A DNA stretch of 64,000 nucleotides from Harriotta raleighana (taxonomy: Eukaryota). Each line of letters starts with the position of its first letter. The stretch's first letter is position 1. Below the pieces are notes generated by a model. The model did no database searches. It was not told where the DNA came from and saw nothing but the letters and a program-made list of their open reading frames with translations. Positions 12,751 to 25,307 of this stretch are shown here, piece after piece. The position numbers and the translations under genes are program-made. Location of the stretch: contig JBNZDD010013726.1 in the NCBI GenBank assembly GCA_050575255.1, forward strand, positions 62,001-126,000, in the 5' to 3' direction.

Positions 12751-13480
12751 CTGTGAAAGAAGAACGTTCTTGTAATATTTTTCGCTTTGTAACACTTGTT
12801 AGAGGAAGGTCAGCAAACTATTTAGATTTGATCTTTTATGGATCAAATCCTTTCATGTGAGACTTTTAAAAAAAAAAAGAGTTCACTGTAGTTTTGTGCC
12901 GTGTTTCCATGCAAAGATCAGGTGTCTAAGTCTATATGGAGTCTGAGTACTATATTTAACAATATACTAATAATTATTAGTAAATAATACAAAATGCCAA
13001 ATGAGGGGCGTTCATAAGTGACCACGGATACATATCCTCTCCTGATGGGTAAATAGATATAAATACCACTTGGAAATCACTTTACTGATCAAAGTTACTA
13101 AAAGACTTGTGATTTATACTTCAACTGCTGAAACAAAAATTTACATTTGCAATATAATTCAGCACAACTTTCTTTTTAACATCCATGGTTCTATCACAAT
13201 TTACTGGAGCAACTCAATTTAAGAAATCAAAAGGAATTTCACAATTGGTTCAGTAATTAAACTGATACCAACTGACTCACCTCTTCAGCCCATGAAGTAC
13301 CAAGAGATCAGATAAAATAGGGGAAGATTAAACATTACATCAAGACTGTATTTCCCAGATTGAACAGTTATAGGATCCTATAAGCCATTTGAGCACCAGT
13401 TCAAAAACAACTTTAAACTCATTAAACAACAATTAAGAAATTCTTATGACAATAAATTTGAACAAATATCGAAATATTAC

Positions 13481-13651
13481 CTGGAAATAGGTATACTTGT
13501 AAACTGAACCTCCTGTTTGGTAGGAGACCAATCCTAATGTTGCCACATCAATATACTGATTGGGGAACAGAAAGAGATCCACACAGCAGCCTTGAGTGAC
13601 ACATTCCTTGGCCAAATTATTGTAAAAGTTAGTCTGAGGTTGGAATAGAAT
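13481..13651 (-). CDS. SEC24C: SEC24C exon 15
   Basis: [40 protein letters not shown]...YKYTYFQ. Confidence 0.95.
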
Positions 13652-13906
13652 CTGTAACAGATGGAAATTGATAAAACTCAGAGGAAAGCATATTTAACAA
13701 AGCCTAAGTGATGATGCTTATGTACTAGATGTGTCTTGTTGCAAGCTTTGAATGTAACCAAAGCATAGCATACACAATGCGTCCCCCGTTGCAGTATCAC
13801 TTAACCATCTGATTATATTTAAAGGATTGCAAATATTGACTTCAAAAAAATGCGCTGCATGACTTCCATGGTTCTAAGTCACTAGGAGAGTGATCGACAA
13901 TTATAC

Positions 13907-14023
13907 CTTTTCCTTGTCTGTACTAATAAGCTTCTTGTCATCTCGATTCTTCAGTTTTCCAGGTGCTTCAGCAAGAGGCAGAGAGGAGTGGAAGATGAAC
14001 AGTTTCCCAGCACATTCTGCTGC
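13907..14023 (-). CDS. SEC24C: SEC24C exon 14
   Basis: [39 protein letters not shown]; 117 nt. Confidence 0.94.
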
Positions 14024-14485
14024 CTGCAAGTACAAAAGAACCAGCAAAGAATAGAACAGTTTAAGTGTCCAATACTGATAGAAGTTTTCCCCACACAGTT
14101 TTTAAACATACTCTTTGACTTTGTGAATGCTTTTACTGTATCAGTATGCACTAAAAGTAGCCATATGATTGTTCAACCAGAGTATTATAATTAAGTGTTA
14201 AAAAAAACTTGTGAAATAGTAAGTAGAACCATGGCTGCTTCAAAAAATAACTGAATTATTTTGGGACCTATGATCAAACAGATGCTCCCCATTAATCTAT
14301 AAATGTTAGTATTAGTGAAAAGGTGCTACATTGTAGATGCAAACTTATACTTTTGTGTATCATTGGGAGAAGTAAACAAGCCTCAAAATAACTAATATCA
14401 CAGTTGTGGATTTTGCATCTTAATTGCCAAAGAGGAATAATGCAAATTATAAGCAGCTTTTGATATTCATGTAAGTAAACTGTAC

Positions 14486-14579
14486 CTTAAGAGCTTCCAT
14501 ACCGGCCTGAATGACCGGGCCAAAAACTGTCTCAGTTTCTCTTGTATCAGCGAACAATTCAGGAATCTGTTCTAACAAA
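14486..14579 (-). CDS. SEC24C: SEC24C exon 13
   Basis: (S)[31 protein letters not shown]. Confidence 0.94.
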
Positions 14580-15052
14580 CTGAAAAGAAAATTAATTATT
14601 TTCACGTAATTACTGAAACCTGCATTAAATAACAAAATTATATGTGTTTTAAATAATTGAAAACTTTGGAAAACCTGCTTTGGATGGATCAGCACTATAC
14701 TATGCAATATACATACATCTTAACCTACTGGGGAACTTCTAAATTAAAGTTTGTAATATTAAGTGGCCAGTACATAGAAATACGCTTTAAGACTAAAATT
14801 GTATTGTCCAATCACTATTAGAGCTGCCAAATCTAGTGTATTTACATCTGTGTACTAACTTTATCAGGGTGCTGTACAACTGTATACTTGCGTGTGATAC
14901 CCTAACCTCACTACTTTGTACTCAAATGGAAATACCAACTACAAATGTGATTAGTAAACTACTGGATGAAAGATGAGGCTCTGAAACAATTGCCATTTGG
15001 CAGTGTCAGATATGATAACAGGTGTAGCTTCGTCCTTGAAAGGGGCCTTTAC

Positions 15053-15244
15053 CTGTTTATTACAGTCCTCGACTCATTTAGATTGACCAGGAATCCATCT
15101 AGTAAGGGTACGAACATGTCTGCCACATCAGACACCACCATCATTTGTGGTTGTGCTAATGAACTCTTCACATTGTAAAAATGGAGCACTTTGTTGTAGG
15201 TCACAAATCCAACCCTTATTGCTGATTCTTCTGCATTTCCCTCC
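15053..15244 (-). CDS. SEC24C: SEC24C exon 12 (trunk/vWA domain)
   Basis: [54 protein letters not shown]... Confidence 0.95.
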
Positions 15245-15399
15245 CTGGAAGTGGGCACAGGGGAGAAGAAACAAGTTAAAAAGCTTAATATTTCACAGTA
15301 GTAAATTGATCAAAATCATAACATATCAGAAGTAACTCCGTTCAAAAACACAAACAATGAATGACATTATTGACATTTACATAAGAATTTCACTCTCAC

Positions 15400-15524
15400 C
15401 TTGGGAGGTAATCCAATAGAGTCTTTAACTCCTCACAAAGTAGATGAACTAGGCCACTCTTCATCGCATTGTAGGATACATCAATCATAAAGATGAAAGC
15501 GGGAGGATTGGGAACTTTGTTGTT
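15400..15524 (-). CDS. SEC24C: SEC24C exon 11
   Basis: [41 protein letters not shown](R). Confidence 0.94.
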
Positions 15525-15547
15525 CTGTAAAATAAATCATTAATTAA

Positions 15548-15650
15548 ACAAAAACAAAAGTTGCTGGGAAAACTCAGCAGGTCAGGCAGCATCCATGGAG
15601 AAAGGAAAGTGAGTCAACGTTTCGGGTCAACAACCCTCCATCAGAACTTC
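15548..15650. mobile_element. Penelope-like retroelement terminal fragment
   Basis: GCTGGGAAAACTCAGCAGGTCAGGCAGCATC...CAACGTTTCGGGTC motif; reverse-complement copy at 42535-42635. Confidence 0.55.
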
Positions 15651-16146
15651 GTCAGAATCATTAATGAAATCTCAGTTTAAGGATATCAAATGTATCTCAC
15701 TTTCATACAAAACCACTTGTTTTCAAATGAAGACATTAGTGGTTTGTCTTCCATTGAATACCCGACCATCTAGCTTTATCCTAGCTAGTTGAATAAACCA
15801 GCTTTCAGCTAGTTAAGTTCCAAAAATAAACTCTAAGCAACAAGGCAGGGTAGAGTACTGGCCTGTGTTATTGCCATGTTCAGGCTAAGAGATGTATAAA
15901 ATGAGAAGCTCAAATATGCAATTTCATCTCATTTACATATTACAGGAATAGATTCTGCAAGTTAACTTGGACCTATATTTCAGCTGTTGTCCATTGCAGT
16001 TCCTAGAAACATAGTCACTGCATTTCCATTTTACTGAAACCATCATGTAATTGCACCTCCAACATTCCAAAATAACCTAATATCAAGATACAACACAACA
16101 GATACAGATGTGATTGTAAGCAAAATACTGACCGACAACCTTAATA

Positions 16147-16490
16147 CAGTAAAACCTCATTTATCCGTGATCCGATCAACCGGATTGCTCGACCCCCTCC
16201 TGGGGCAATTCCCCACTCCAGCAATCACGAGTTTGTTCACTTTGTGCACGCATGCGCATGTGCACTTATTAAACTTCCGAACTTGGGTTTTTTAACCCAA
16301 GGAACCAAGGAACCGATCTTTTCACCAAGGGTGCTGGAATGCTGTATTGGTTTATTATCCATACAATATTCTGTTACTATTTAATGCATTATTAACATGG
16401 TATTTTGGGGTTTCAGCAACTTGTCCCGTTTATCCGGCACAATCAATAAGTGACCCCCCCTGAGCGGGCTGGATAAACAGGGTTTTACTG
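16147..16490. mobile_element. MITE (Tc1/mariner-pogo/Tigger-like), family A
   Basis: TIRs CAGTAAAACC..TTTATCCG / GGATAAACAGGGTTTTACTG, flanked by TA on both sides. Confidence 0.88.
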
Positions 16491-16889
16491 TATGTTAAAC
16501 AAGGCACATCATATCAGCCAGAAGACCAAGCTTGCAAATAATGTTGTATTGATAAAAGCGAACTGACGTAAATAAACTGCAGGTGGAACATGAATACTAA
16601 AAAGGATGCATCAAGGGCTGGAGGTTTCAAAAATAGAAGTTGTAATTATGATTCAGTTATCTAAAAATTATGATGCATTGAAGGGATGAAGTAACTGTTA
16701 AGGGATTCATCAGTGGCAATTTGCATCACAAATTTTGAGATAACTGCCTAGATTAGAAAACTGAGAAAGACTCCTGGAATGTTGATTTTAAAAACACAGA
16801 TTTAAAAAAATGAATGATCGTTTAACCTTCATGAAAGGAGTTTCACATTTTAAATGTAAAACCACTGGAAGACTAAAAAAAACACATAC

Positions 16890-17005
16890 CTTGCAGTAGT
16901 CTACAGTTGCCAGAAACTCATAGGAACCAAGTGACAGTTCTGGACGATCATAATAGTCCACTCTTTTGCCAGTGTGATCCAAATGTTGGAAATAGTGAGA
17001 TGGTA
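16890..17005 (-). CDS. SEC24C: SEC24C exon 10
   Basis: (V)[38 protein letters not shown]. Confidence 0.95.
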
Positions 17006-17297
17006 CTAGGAGAAAAACCATCGAAGTTACATTCCAGCCAAACCAAGACACAAAGGGCAAAGAATTTAGGCTTGTAGAGTTATTCACCATGCACCTTTAC
17101 ATATACAGGTATTTTAAAAATTCAAATGCTTTTGATATTATCCTGCTTTAAGTTTCCAAGATATGTACTGCTGGACAAGTTAACTAAATGGATGTACAAT
17201 TCTTTGCCTTTAAGAGGTTCGTAAAGTTGCCTTCCGCTTGAGGACTTCAACAAGAAATGAGAGAATTACAGCGAGGTAGATTTTTAAAACGTGTTAC

Positions 17298-17436
17298 CTT
17301 CAGTGACACAGCTGCAGAATCCACATTGGAACCTACGGCCACCTTCAATATATTGCATAAAAGGACACATGTAGGCCTTACATCGGTTGCACCTCACGGG
17401 CCCAGTCTCACCATGATCTACAAGATATGGGGGAGC
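17298..17436 (-). CDS. SEC24C: SEC24C exon 9 (zinc finger)
   Basis: [46 protein letters not shown]; CxxC...CxxC. Confidence 0.95.
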
Positions 17437-18431
17437 CTGAAGAAACAAAAAAGGTGCAGTATTTCATATTAACAAGAAATAATTTTTTTAAATTACATTT
17501 ACATAGCGCCTTTCACTCCCGAAGGACATCCCAAGACAACAACAACAAAACTACACTTGTATAGCGTCTTTCACATCAGGAGGACATCCCAAAGCGCTGA
17601 AGACGCTGGACATCCAAACACAAAAATGTTCAGCTGTGCTGAGATTGAAGATGAACAGCACAGAAGAATGTCAACTTCCATAATGGTAGCACGATTAAAA
17701 CAGTTATTGATTGCCAGCCTGTGACCCTATCAGGAAGATGTGTGGTTAATCATAATGTAATATTAGAACCAGGAGAAAAATATTTCATTGAATGATTTTA
17801 ACTACAAACTGCAACGTTGAGCCATGGTGGAAAACTCACAAACATAAATAAATTCAAAATTAACCAATAGACTGCAGGATTGTACAGCAGCTATTACTGA
17901 TTTCCCTTTAAGAAACCAATTTGTGTTTCTGTGGAAACATCCAAAGGGATTGGAACAGGCCAAAAATATCCAAGGGGTAAAAATGGAATTTGTGCTAATG
18001 GCTTCAACATTACCTCACAAATGGCCACTGTCTAGGAATTTAAAATATCTGGTCTCATATTGAGCAGCAGGATTTAATTGAACAGCTGTACTAAACAAAT
18101 CTGAATCATTAATCATTGAGATTGTGGACAAAATGAATGGACAGGTTCCACAATCTATTGTACATTAAATGCTAAGGATCTCTTGATGCAAAACTAATGC
18201 TCCACTTCATTGCATTTCCTTTGGAAATAAATTGTATGAAGCATACAAGATGGTGCTTTATAGAATCCTTTGAAATTCACATAAGCCAACCAAATCCTGT
18301 GTGGGCGCAAATTACACTTCTCCGAAAACTATCTCCTCCAGTTGGTGTCACGGGTGACATTCCAGGACATTTTTTACTGCCTCAGGTAAATGGTACCCCA
18401 TTAAAACTATTATCATTAAAACAATTAAAAT

Positions 18432-19213
18432 AGAGTGCTATAGTTCAGTGGTTAGAGCACTCGCCTTGCAAGCGAGAGATCTGAGTACAATTCCAGGCAG
18501 GGCGACACCTTGGGTAAGTTTCCTTACTCCACATGCCTGATAATAAGCCCCTGAAAAAAATTCAATAATGAATTGGTCATTTCAATTGATGACAGTTTGT
18601 GGGACACTGCTGTATGCAAGTGGCTGCCGTGTTTTGCGCACAAATGTTACACTCAATTCACTTTACAGCATATTCTGTGAAACACTTTGAGACATCTAGT
18701 CTAAAAGGGTTAAGTTACAAGGAAAGGCTGCGTAAACTTGGGATTGTATTCCCTTGAGTTTAGAAGATTGAGGGATGATTTAATGGAGGTTTTTAGGATG
18801 ATAAAGGGATTTGATAGGATAGATACAGAAAAGCTATTTCCTCTGGTGTGGAATGCAAAACAAAGGGGCATAGTCTTAAAATTAGCACCAGGTTATTTAA
18901 GAGTGAAATCAAGCAGCATTTTTTCACTCAAGGCTGGTAGAAATCTGGAATTCTCTCCACCAAAAGGTCGTGGATGCTGGATCCATCCACACCTTGAAGA
19001 GTTAAGTTGATAACTTTTTGGTAGGTTGGGATATTAAGGGATACAGGATGAAAGCGGGAAATTGGAATTGAAAGGATTAGTAGAGGTACAGGTCAGCCAT
19101 GATCTAATTAAATGGCAGAACAGGCTCAACGGGCTGAATGGCCTACTCCTGTTCCTATGTTCCAATGTCTAGAAGACGTGAAAAACGCTATATCAAATGC
19201 AAGGATTATTATT
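18432..19213 (+). mobile_element. tRNA-derived SINE interrupted by a CR1 insertion
   Basis: SINE head 18432-18699; tail resumes 19168-19213 with (TTA)n. Confidence 0.8.
18700..19167 (+). mobile_element. 5'-truncated CR1 LINE (ORF2 C-terminus and 3' UTR)
   Basis: [45 protein letters not shown]; GGGCTGAATGGCCTACTCCT end with GTTCCTAT repeats; TCTAG on both flanks. Confidence 0.88.
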
Positions 19214-19354
19214 ATAGATTATAATGTTTTGCTTGACATACATTCAGAATACTTTATAATTTTAAGTTGCTTTATCTTTACTCTTTTTCTTTCCACTTAA
19301 CAGAAAGTAAATAAAAGTTTGAACATTAGAAGTCAAAGTTATAATGCAAATTAC

Positions 19355-19482
19355 CTCATCAACTGGCAATGTAGCGAGTGGTTTAAAGATAGTAGTGAGA
19401 GGGACTTGGGACTGTTTGGCCATATCTGAGGTGCAAGGGATATTATAAGCTGTACATCGAACAAATCGTGGACTTGCATTCC
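19355..19482 (-). CDS. SEC24C: SEC24C exon 8
   Basis: (G)[42 protein letters not shown]. Confidence 0.95.
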
Positions 19483-19895
19483 CTGTAAGAAATTCAAATA
19501 TAACAATTAGTACATTCCCAAACAAATACTTCACACAGCACACCTACAGCAGTTAAATTTAGCAAAAAAGTTTATGCACCGTTTCAATTAACTGCAATTA
19601 ACTGTTAACAGTACAGCATTGTTACAGAAGAACACAGTTTTTATAACAATCTATATTTTTTCAGAGAAAATATCTGCAAGTTCCCTACTGGACAACTTTC
19701 CAAAGCTTTAGGAGAAGTGTGTACTGTAAGCTTGCCACAAAAAGATAATTTGTAAATTTAATCAAGAGATAGGTAAAAAAATGCAAAACAATTGTAGAAA
19801 ATCAAACTGTCTGATTCAAATTTATCTTTCCAGTTGAATCGTAGCACCAAAATGTGTGTTTTTTTTAAAAGTGGATCAATGAGCTGGCACTATAC

Positions 19896-20007
19896 CTTGA
19901 TCTTTCACTACAAAGTCAGTGGTAACAAGTGGTGGAACTTGTCCTCTTACACCAGTAGTAAATGGTTCAGTTCCTCGATTTGCTTTATCATCTTCAATCA
20001 CCTGGAT
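19896..20007 (-). CDS. SEC24C: SEC24C exon 7
   Basis: [37 protein letters not shown]. Confidence 0.94.
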
Positions 20008-20817
20008 CTGGCATAGCATAAGAAAACCATTTCAAACAATCATTTAATGGCATTTATCATTAAAGCTGTACTCACTTATTTTAGTCTCAAAATGCAACCA
20101 CAATACATTATATATAGCAGATATAAATCATCTGGAAAATAGTTTTCTACTAAATACTAAATAAAGTAAATACTCATCATTACTGAGACCATATTAATCA
20201 AACCAATGAGATGCATTTGCTAACTCTGATTCCATCAGTTTTCAAAATGTTGCTCCTGAACTTCAAATGTAGGATCTTCATTTAACACTATTCAGATCTT
20301 TCACAAATTCCTTATAGATCCAACCAAACTTTCTTAACTTTTTTCATAATAACCGCTTCTCATTGTGAGAAATCTTGCCTTACAACATGAAGGTTAAGAA
20401 TGCATGTCTTAGTATTGTAAGAGATAAAACATAATGCCGATCAGGAGACAAGAGTGGAATCTTCTACAACCATTTGAGAAACAAAAAGAAGACAAGAATC
20501 ACAAGTGGGGAGGGAGCTGACTCCCAAGCCTATGATTGGAAAATTACACGAATGTTAAAGAGCTTGAATGATTTGCGTTCTTTGAAAAATGGGAACATCT
20601 GAATGTGGGTGTAATTAGAAAGAAAGCTAGGCTATACAAAGTAAGATAGGTTAGATAAAGTAAAATGGAACAGACTAAAATAAATAAATGTGACCTTCCA
20701 ATATATATGTCAAGAAGCTTTTGGAAGTAAATGGCAAGTATCCATGATACAAAGCAAAATGAAGCAATGCAGAAGGAAGCAACACACATACACACAAACA
20801 CACACACAAAGACTTAC

Positions 20818-20886
20818 TGGACTAGGAATTGCATCAGGGTCTATTCTATGTCTTGTTTTCTGTTGAGGTGGCAGTTCATTAAGTTG
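20818..20886 (-). CDS. SEC24C: SEC24C alternative 69-nt cassette exon (23 aa)
   Basis: QLNELPPQQKTRHRIDPDAIPSP; ttttaag acceptor, CCA|GTAAGT donor, phase 0-0; resembles the mammalian 23-aa SEC24C insert as I recall it. Confidence 0.88.
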
Positions 20887-23084
20887 CTTAAAAGGGCACA
20901 AATGAGCAGCAAAACAGAAGAAAAGAGAAACAGAAGAGTAACAATTGTTACTTCTACCTTCCCGTACTAATGGTGCCACATCAGCAAGTCCTTTGACATA
21001 CGTTTAGACATACATCATCGCACATGCAAGTTGAGTTATTCATTCAGTTATCTGTTCATCTGCTAATTTGAATGAGGGTGCTATTAGTATCATACGCATA
21101 TTAAATGAGATACTGTAGTTTCAAAGTGATGTGCAGCTCCTTGGTATCCCGCTGACTACTTTTCAGTCACATCTATTCCATGTCACAGCATACTAAAACT
21201 TAATTATCCAAACAGAGTGAACATTATGCAAACATTTTGTTTGGTTATACTGAGTCATATTCTTTTTTTAGCTTGACTTTATACTTGGCTATTTTAGAAA
21301 ATCTTTGAAGTACATGTGAAATAAGTTATTTAATGCGGTATATTAATTGCATGCAGACACTCCACTTTACAGCATATCCAGTTAATAGCTTTGGGGTGTT
21401 CTTCCTGATGTGAATATAAAGTTGATTGTTATTATTGTTAAGACTTCACTGAAACATATTTGACACAGTGTTTAATCCCTAGTTTAGCCTCTCAACTCCA
21501 TCCCTTTCCCCTTTCCTGAATTAACCGCCCACTTCACCCAGGAAGTTTGAACTGTCCAAGCGATGATACATTCTACAACTAAAGTCGGTACCACAGAAAG
21601 CTGCTCCCCCATATTGGATTGAGAAGTTTTGGGCACAGAATGGCCTTCCAGTAATGGATACCAAAATATTCCACCCAGGTTATCATTTGATAGTAAGGTA
21701 TAGAAGATGAAGAAACATTAATTCAACCAGATGCATTAAAAAGACAATTAAAGAGTCTCTCTTCCCCTCTCCAAACCACGCAATTCTTCATATCTAGTAA
21801 AAAAGAGCTGCGCTTGAAGTATATCTTTCATAGGGTTCTATCACATCACGAGAGGTTTAGATGAAAAAGATCCTTCATCTATTTGATCTCACTTGCCGGA
21901 ATACAAACATTGTGTTCTTGCCAATGAAACATTAAGTGATTTCTTAAACATTTCTGTGAATGTTAAATATCAAAACTATTAGAGAAAATATACATACAAA
22001 TACATATTGTCCCACAATTTACTACAAGTTATGCTGCTGCTCAATTACATTTAAGCAAACATTTTATAAGCAAATCACAAACATTTGTTGCAATGTGTGA
22101 GAATATTTACTGTTACCACTTCTTACAAAGAATTAAAAATTAAAACTCCATGTTATTGATATGAATTATTGATATGAATGAATTCATATGTTGCACAGTT
22201 GCAACCAATACGTACATCTTTACAGACTTTCTCCTTAAGACCACTATTCTTTATCTAATTTAATGTATTTAACTAATTAATTTAAATAATGCTGAAATCA
22301 AACTCCAAATGATGATATTCTAATATATGAATCTGCAACGGCAGTGCTGGGACACTAATTTCGATCACCACAACAATTTGAATATATATAGCATATATAT
22401 GTATACACTCCATATGGACTAGCACGATTGAGTGGTCAAGAATTGTAGAGCTGGAGGCCGACGGACAGGTGGGGTGGTGTTTGAAGGGATGACCATAAAC
22501 AATCAAAGAAAAATGTCTTCAGAGGTGATCTGAAAATGGGGAAGGTGGCGACAAGGTGGCAGAATCGAGGGAGAGAGTTCCAGAGTCTAACAGATGCAAT
22601 CATGACCATTGATGGTGGTAGGCACGAGAGACAAGCAGGAGCCTGGAGCCAGCTGAGTTCGACTAAAACTAATAGGTTTTACATTTTAAAAGCTTTTTAA
22701 TTTTGTCTAAAGTTAATTTACTTCTAGACACTTTGAAGAAACAAGGTTAGCTGGTGTTTCAATGTGACTGTGCCGTGCTCCTCTCTAACAACGCTTTGCT
22801 AAGATAGAAAATACAGTATGGGCACTAAAAATAAAATTTGACCAAAGTTCAAGTTTTATCTTGGGTTTAAATTTGTGAGCTATTTGCAGCCTCCATTTGA
22901 TCCATAATTTCCACTGAAATCCCTATTTCAATATTATTCTAACACCGTTGAACACTTTAGTGTAATGTAACTAAAGTTTGTATAGTTTCACACAGAATTC
23001 CAAGAGCAAGTTAAGAATCCTGATCAGTCAGCAATTTACCAGAATAAAATCGAATTGACTTGACAATGTTTGAAGTTGAAATAA

Positions 23085-23452
23085 TAACATTTGATATAGC
23101 ACTTGCATTTGATATAGCACTTTTCACATTGTCTAAACATTTCAAAGCGCTTCAAAGAATAATCTATAAAAGTGAATTGACTAAATATTTGTCAGTGAAG
23201 TGCAGCAGCTAATTGTGCATAGCAGTGTCCCAGAAACAGTTGGGGATTGAGTAATCAATTTATTATTGCTTTATTTTTAGGGATTATTATCCCTAAACAT
23301 TCCGGCAATCGACTAACAACCGGGTTCCTACTTACTGCTAGGTAAATAGAGGCGTGTGGAGTAAGGAAACTTGTTCCAACATTTTGCCTCGTCAGGAATA
23401 GAACCCAGGTCGCTCGCTTGTGAGGTGAGTTCTCTAAACACTGAGTTACAGT
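23085..23452 (-). mobile_element. tRNA-derived SINE, longer variant with an extra ~60-bp internal segment
   Basis: Same head and tail as the other copies plus extra sequence at 23291-23350. Confidence 0.75.
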
Positions 23453-23815
23453 ATTCCAGTGAAATACTCAAATAGTGATTTTTAAGGAAATTAATTTTAG
23501 TGAGCAAAATTTAACAATTATACTCCAATAACCTTGGACTTAATGTTCGGTAATTGTGAGCTTGCATAGATTTTCTATAATAGGCGCACAAGGTGTGTGA
23601 TATAAATGAACAAAAGTTTGAGGGTTATTTTGAAATCATTAATAACCTTGCATAATATAGTAATTCCTTGGACATTTAGGTTTTAAATAGAGTGAAAACA
23701 TAATGAAAAGGAATCTAAAAGAGGTTAGAACAAGTGTTTATACAACTAAGAAGCTTTCAAACAGAGTTAATAGCAGCTAGAGTTACTACAGATAAGAAGA
23801 CAGTCTTGTACTTAC

Positions 23816-23940
23816 AGGACTTGGAATGCTGTCTGGGTCCAGACGTTTCTGCTGTGGTTGTGGCTGACTATTGTACGTTGCTGTTCCAGTATAAGGTGCA
23901 GCATAGTTTGGCTGTGGCCCCCTCATTTGTCCAAAAGAAC
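23816..23940 (-). CDS. SEC24C: SEC24C exon 6
   Basis: (G)SFGQMRGPQPNYAAPYTGTATYNSQPQPQQKRLDPDSIPSP. Confidence 0.93.
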
Positions 23941-24132
23941 CTGAAGAGAGTTTATGAGAATGTTCTATGTGCAAGACTCCATTTAAAACCTAATATGCAG
24001 TTAAACACGTCAAGTCACTTTGACAGTCAGAATACTACTACTGTTACCAACAATAATAATAACACTTGCATTTGATTGTAGAGCTTGCACGTCTTCTAGA
24101 CATCTCAAAGCGCTCCACAGAATACACTTTAG

Positions 24133-24196
24133 TTTAGTTTTGCCCACAAATATATAGTCAAAGTGAATTGACTATATATTTGTGGGCAAAACTAAA
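24133..24196. repeat. Perfect inverted repeat, 29-bp arms, 6-nt loop, inside a SINE remnant
   Basis: TTTAGTTTTGCCCACAAATATATAGTCAA-AGTGAA-TTGACTATATATTTGTGGGCAAAACTAAA. Confidence 0.92.
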
Positions 24197-24530
24197 GAAC
24201 TTTACTGCATCTAAAGAAGCCACCCCCAGGGATTAGACACAGTGACCAAATTTCTTGACCAAATTTTTTGACTAAATCCAAAAGATTAATTATTCTCATT
24301 TTATCAAAGCAATTCTATTGTTATTGGAAATGTTTCAGCATTTTATCATTTCCAATACCCATTTACACTTCAGCGCTGTAGATTATTTGTAGGACAATGT
24401 TATGGTTATAACATTTATAACAAAGTCTGACAATTATTGTGTCTTACTTTTAAGGGAAACAGCGACTTTAGGAGCATCAATTCTTCATCAATACTTAAAA
24501 TGATAGTTCTAGATTAAATGTAAAATGTAC

Positions 24531-24971
24531 CATTCTGTTGAGGTACAAATCCCTGAGCAGGCTGAGTTGGATGTACTTGAAACCCTTGCATTGGTGGGCC
24601 AGGCATTACCCCAGGCATTCCCGCTGGAGGAACAGCAGGTGAAATGTGGTTATGCTGGGTTGGAACAAGCCCTGCAGGAGGTGGTTGTCCTTGTTGTGGT
24701 GATCCATGCATCATTTGGGATCTTTGTGCTCCAGGTAGAGGAGGAAGATTCCCACCAGTCAGACCAGAAGCTGTAGGAGGAGAAGTAAGAGTAGATACTG
24801 GGGAAGCAGCAAGATGTTGGGCAGGTTGTCCAGGAAAAGGGTGCTGAGGAGGACCAGTACCCTGCAATGCATTTGTAGGAATACTCTGCATTGGATTAGA
24901 ATATTGTGTGTATGCTGGCCCTCCTGTAGGTTGCAAGTTTCCTGTAGTTTGAGGATGAGATGTTGGTGGAC
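24531..24971 (-). CDS. SEC24C: SEC24C exon 5 (Pro/Gln-rich N-terminal region)
   Basis: 441 nt, phase 1-1, open frame GPPTSHPQTTGNLQPTGGPAY...GFVPQQN. Confidence 0.88.
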
Positions 24972-25125
24972 CTGTAAATAAAAGAAAGCTATGTAGTCAA
25001 CACAGAATCAGAAAATCAGGAAACAGTAGCGAGCAGAATAACGTACATTGGTCCATTAGATCTCATCCTTTCCAGAATAATCCTCCTTCCATGACAGCAT
25101 CAAGCTGTTCAGTTAGATTCCTTAC

Positions 25126-25307
25126 CATATATTTGACCTACAGGCGGTGGTGGTCTGGAGGCAGGACCACTGATCTGCATTCCTGTCATCTGATTTGATA
25201 ATTGCTGAGCGTTACTGAAAGGCGTTGCATAAGGTTGGTATGATGCTGGCTGACCAGCAGGCTGAGGAGGTACAGTAGCTGGCATGTACGGCTGAGATAA
25301 CGGAGGC
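25126..25307 (-). CDS. SEC24C: SEC24C exon 4
   Basis: (R)PPLSQPYMPATVPPQP...AQQLSNQMTGMQISGP...GQIY; phase 2 to 1. Confidence 0.88.

Noticed and set aside
13275-13340. Strong donor-like GAG|GTGAGT on the - strand in SEC24C intron 15
   Set aside because: No convincing upstream acceptor or compatible frame found
18432-18510. tRNA-like cloverleaf with CTCGC-CTTGCAA-GCGAG anticodon arm
   Set aside because: It is the head of a SINE; the T-arm is degenerate and the anticodon loop differs between copies
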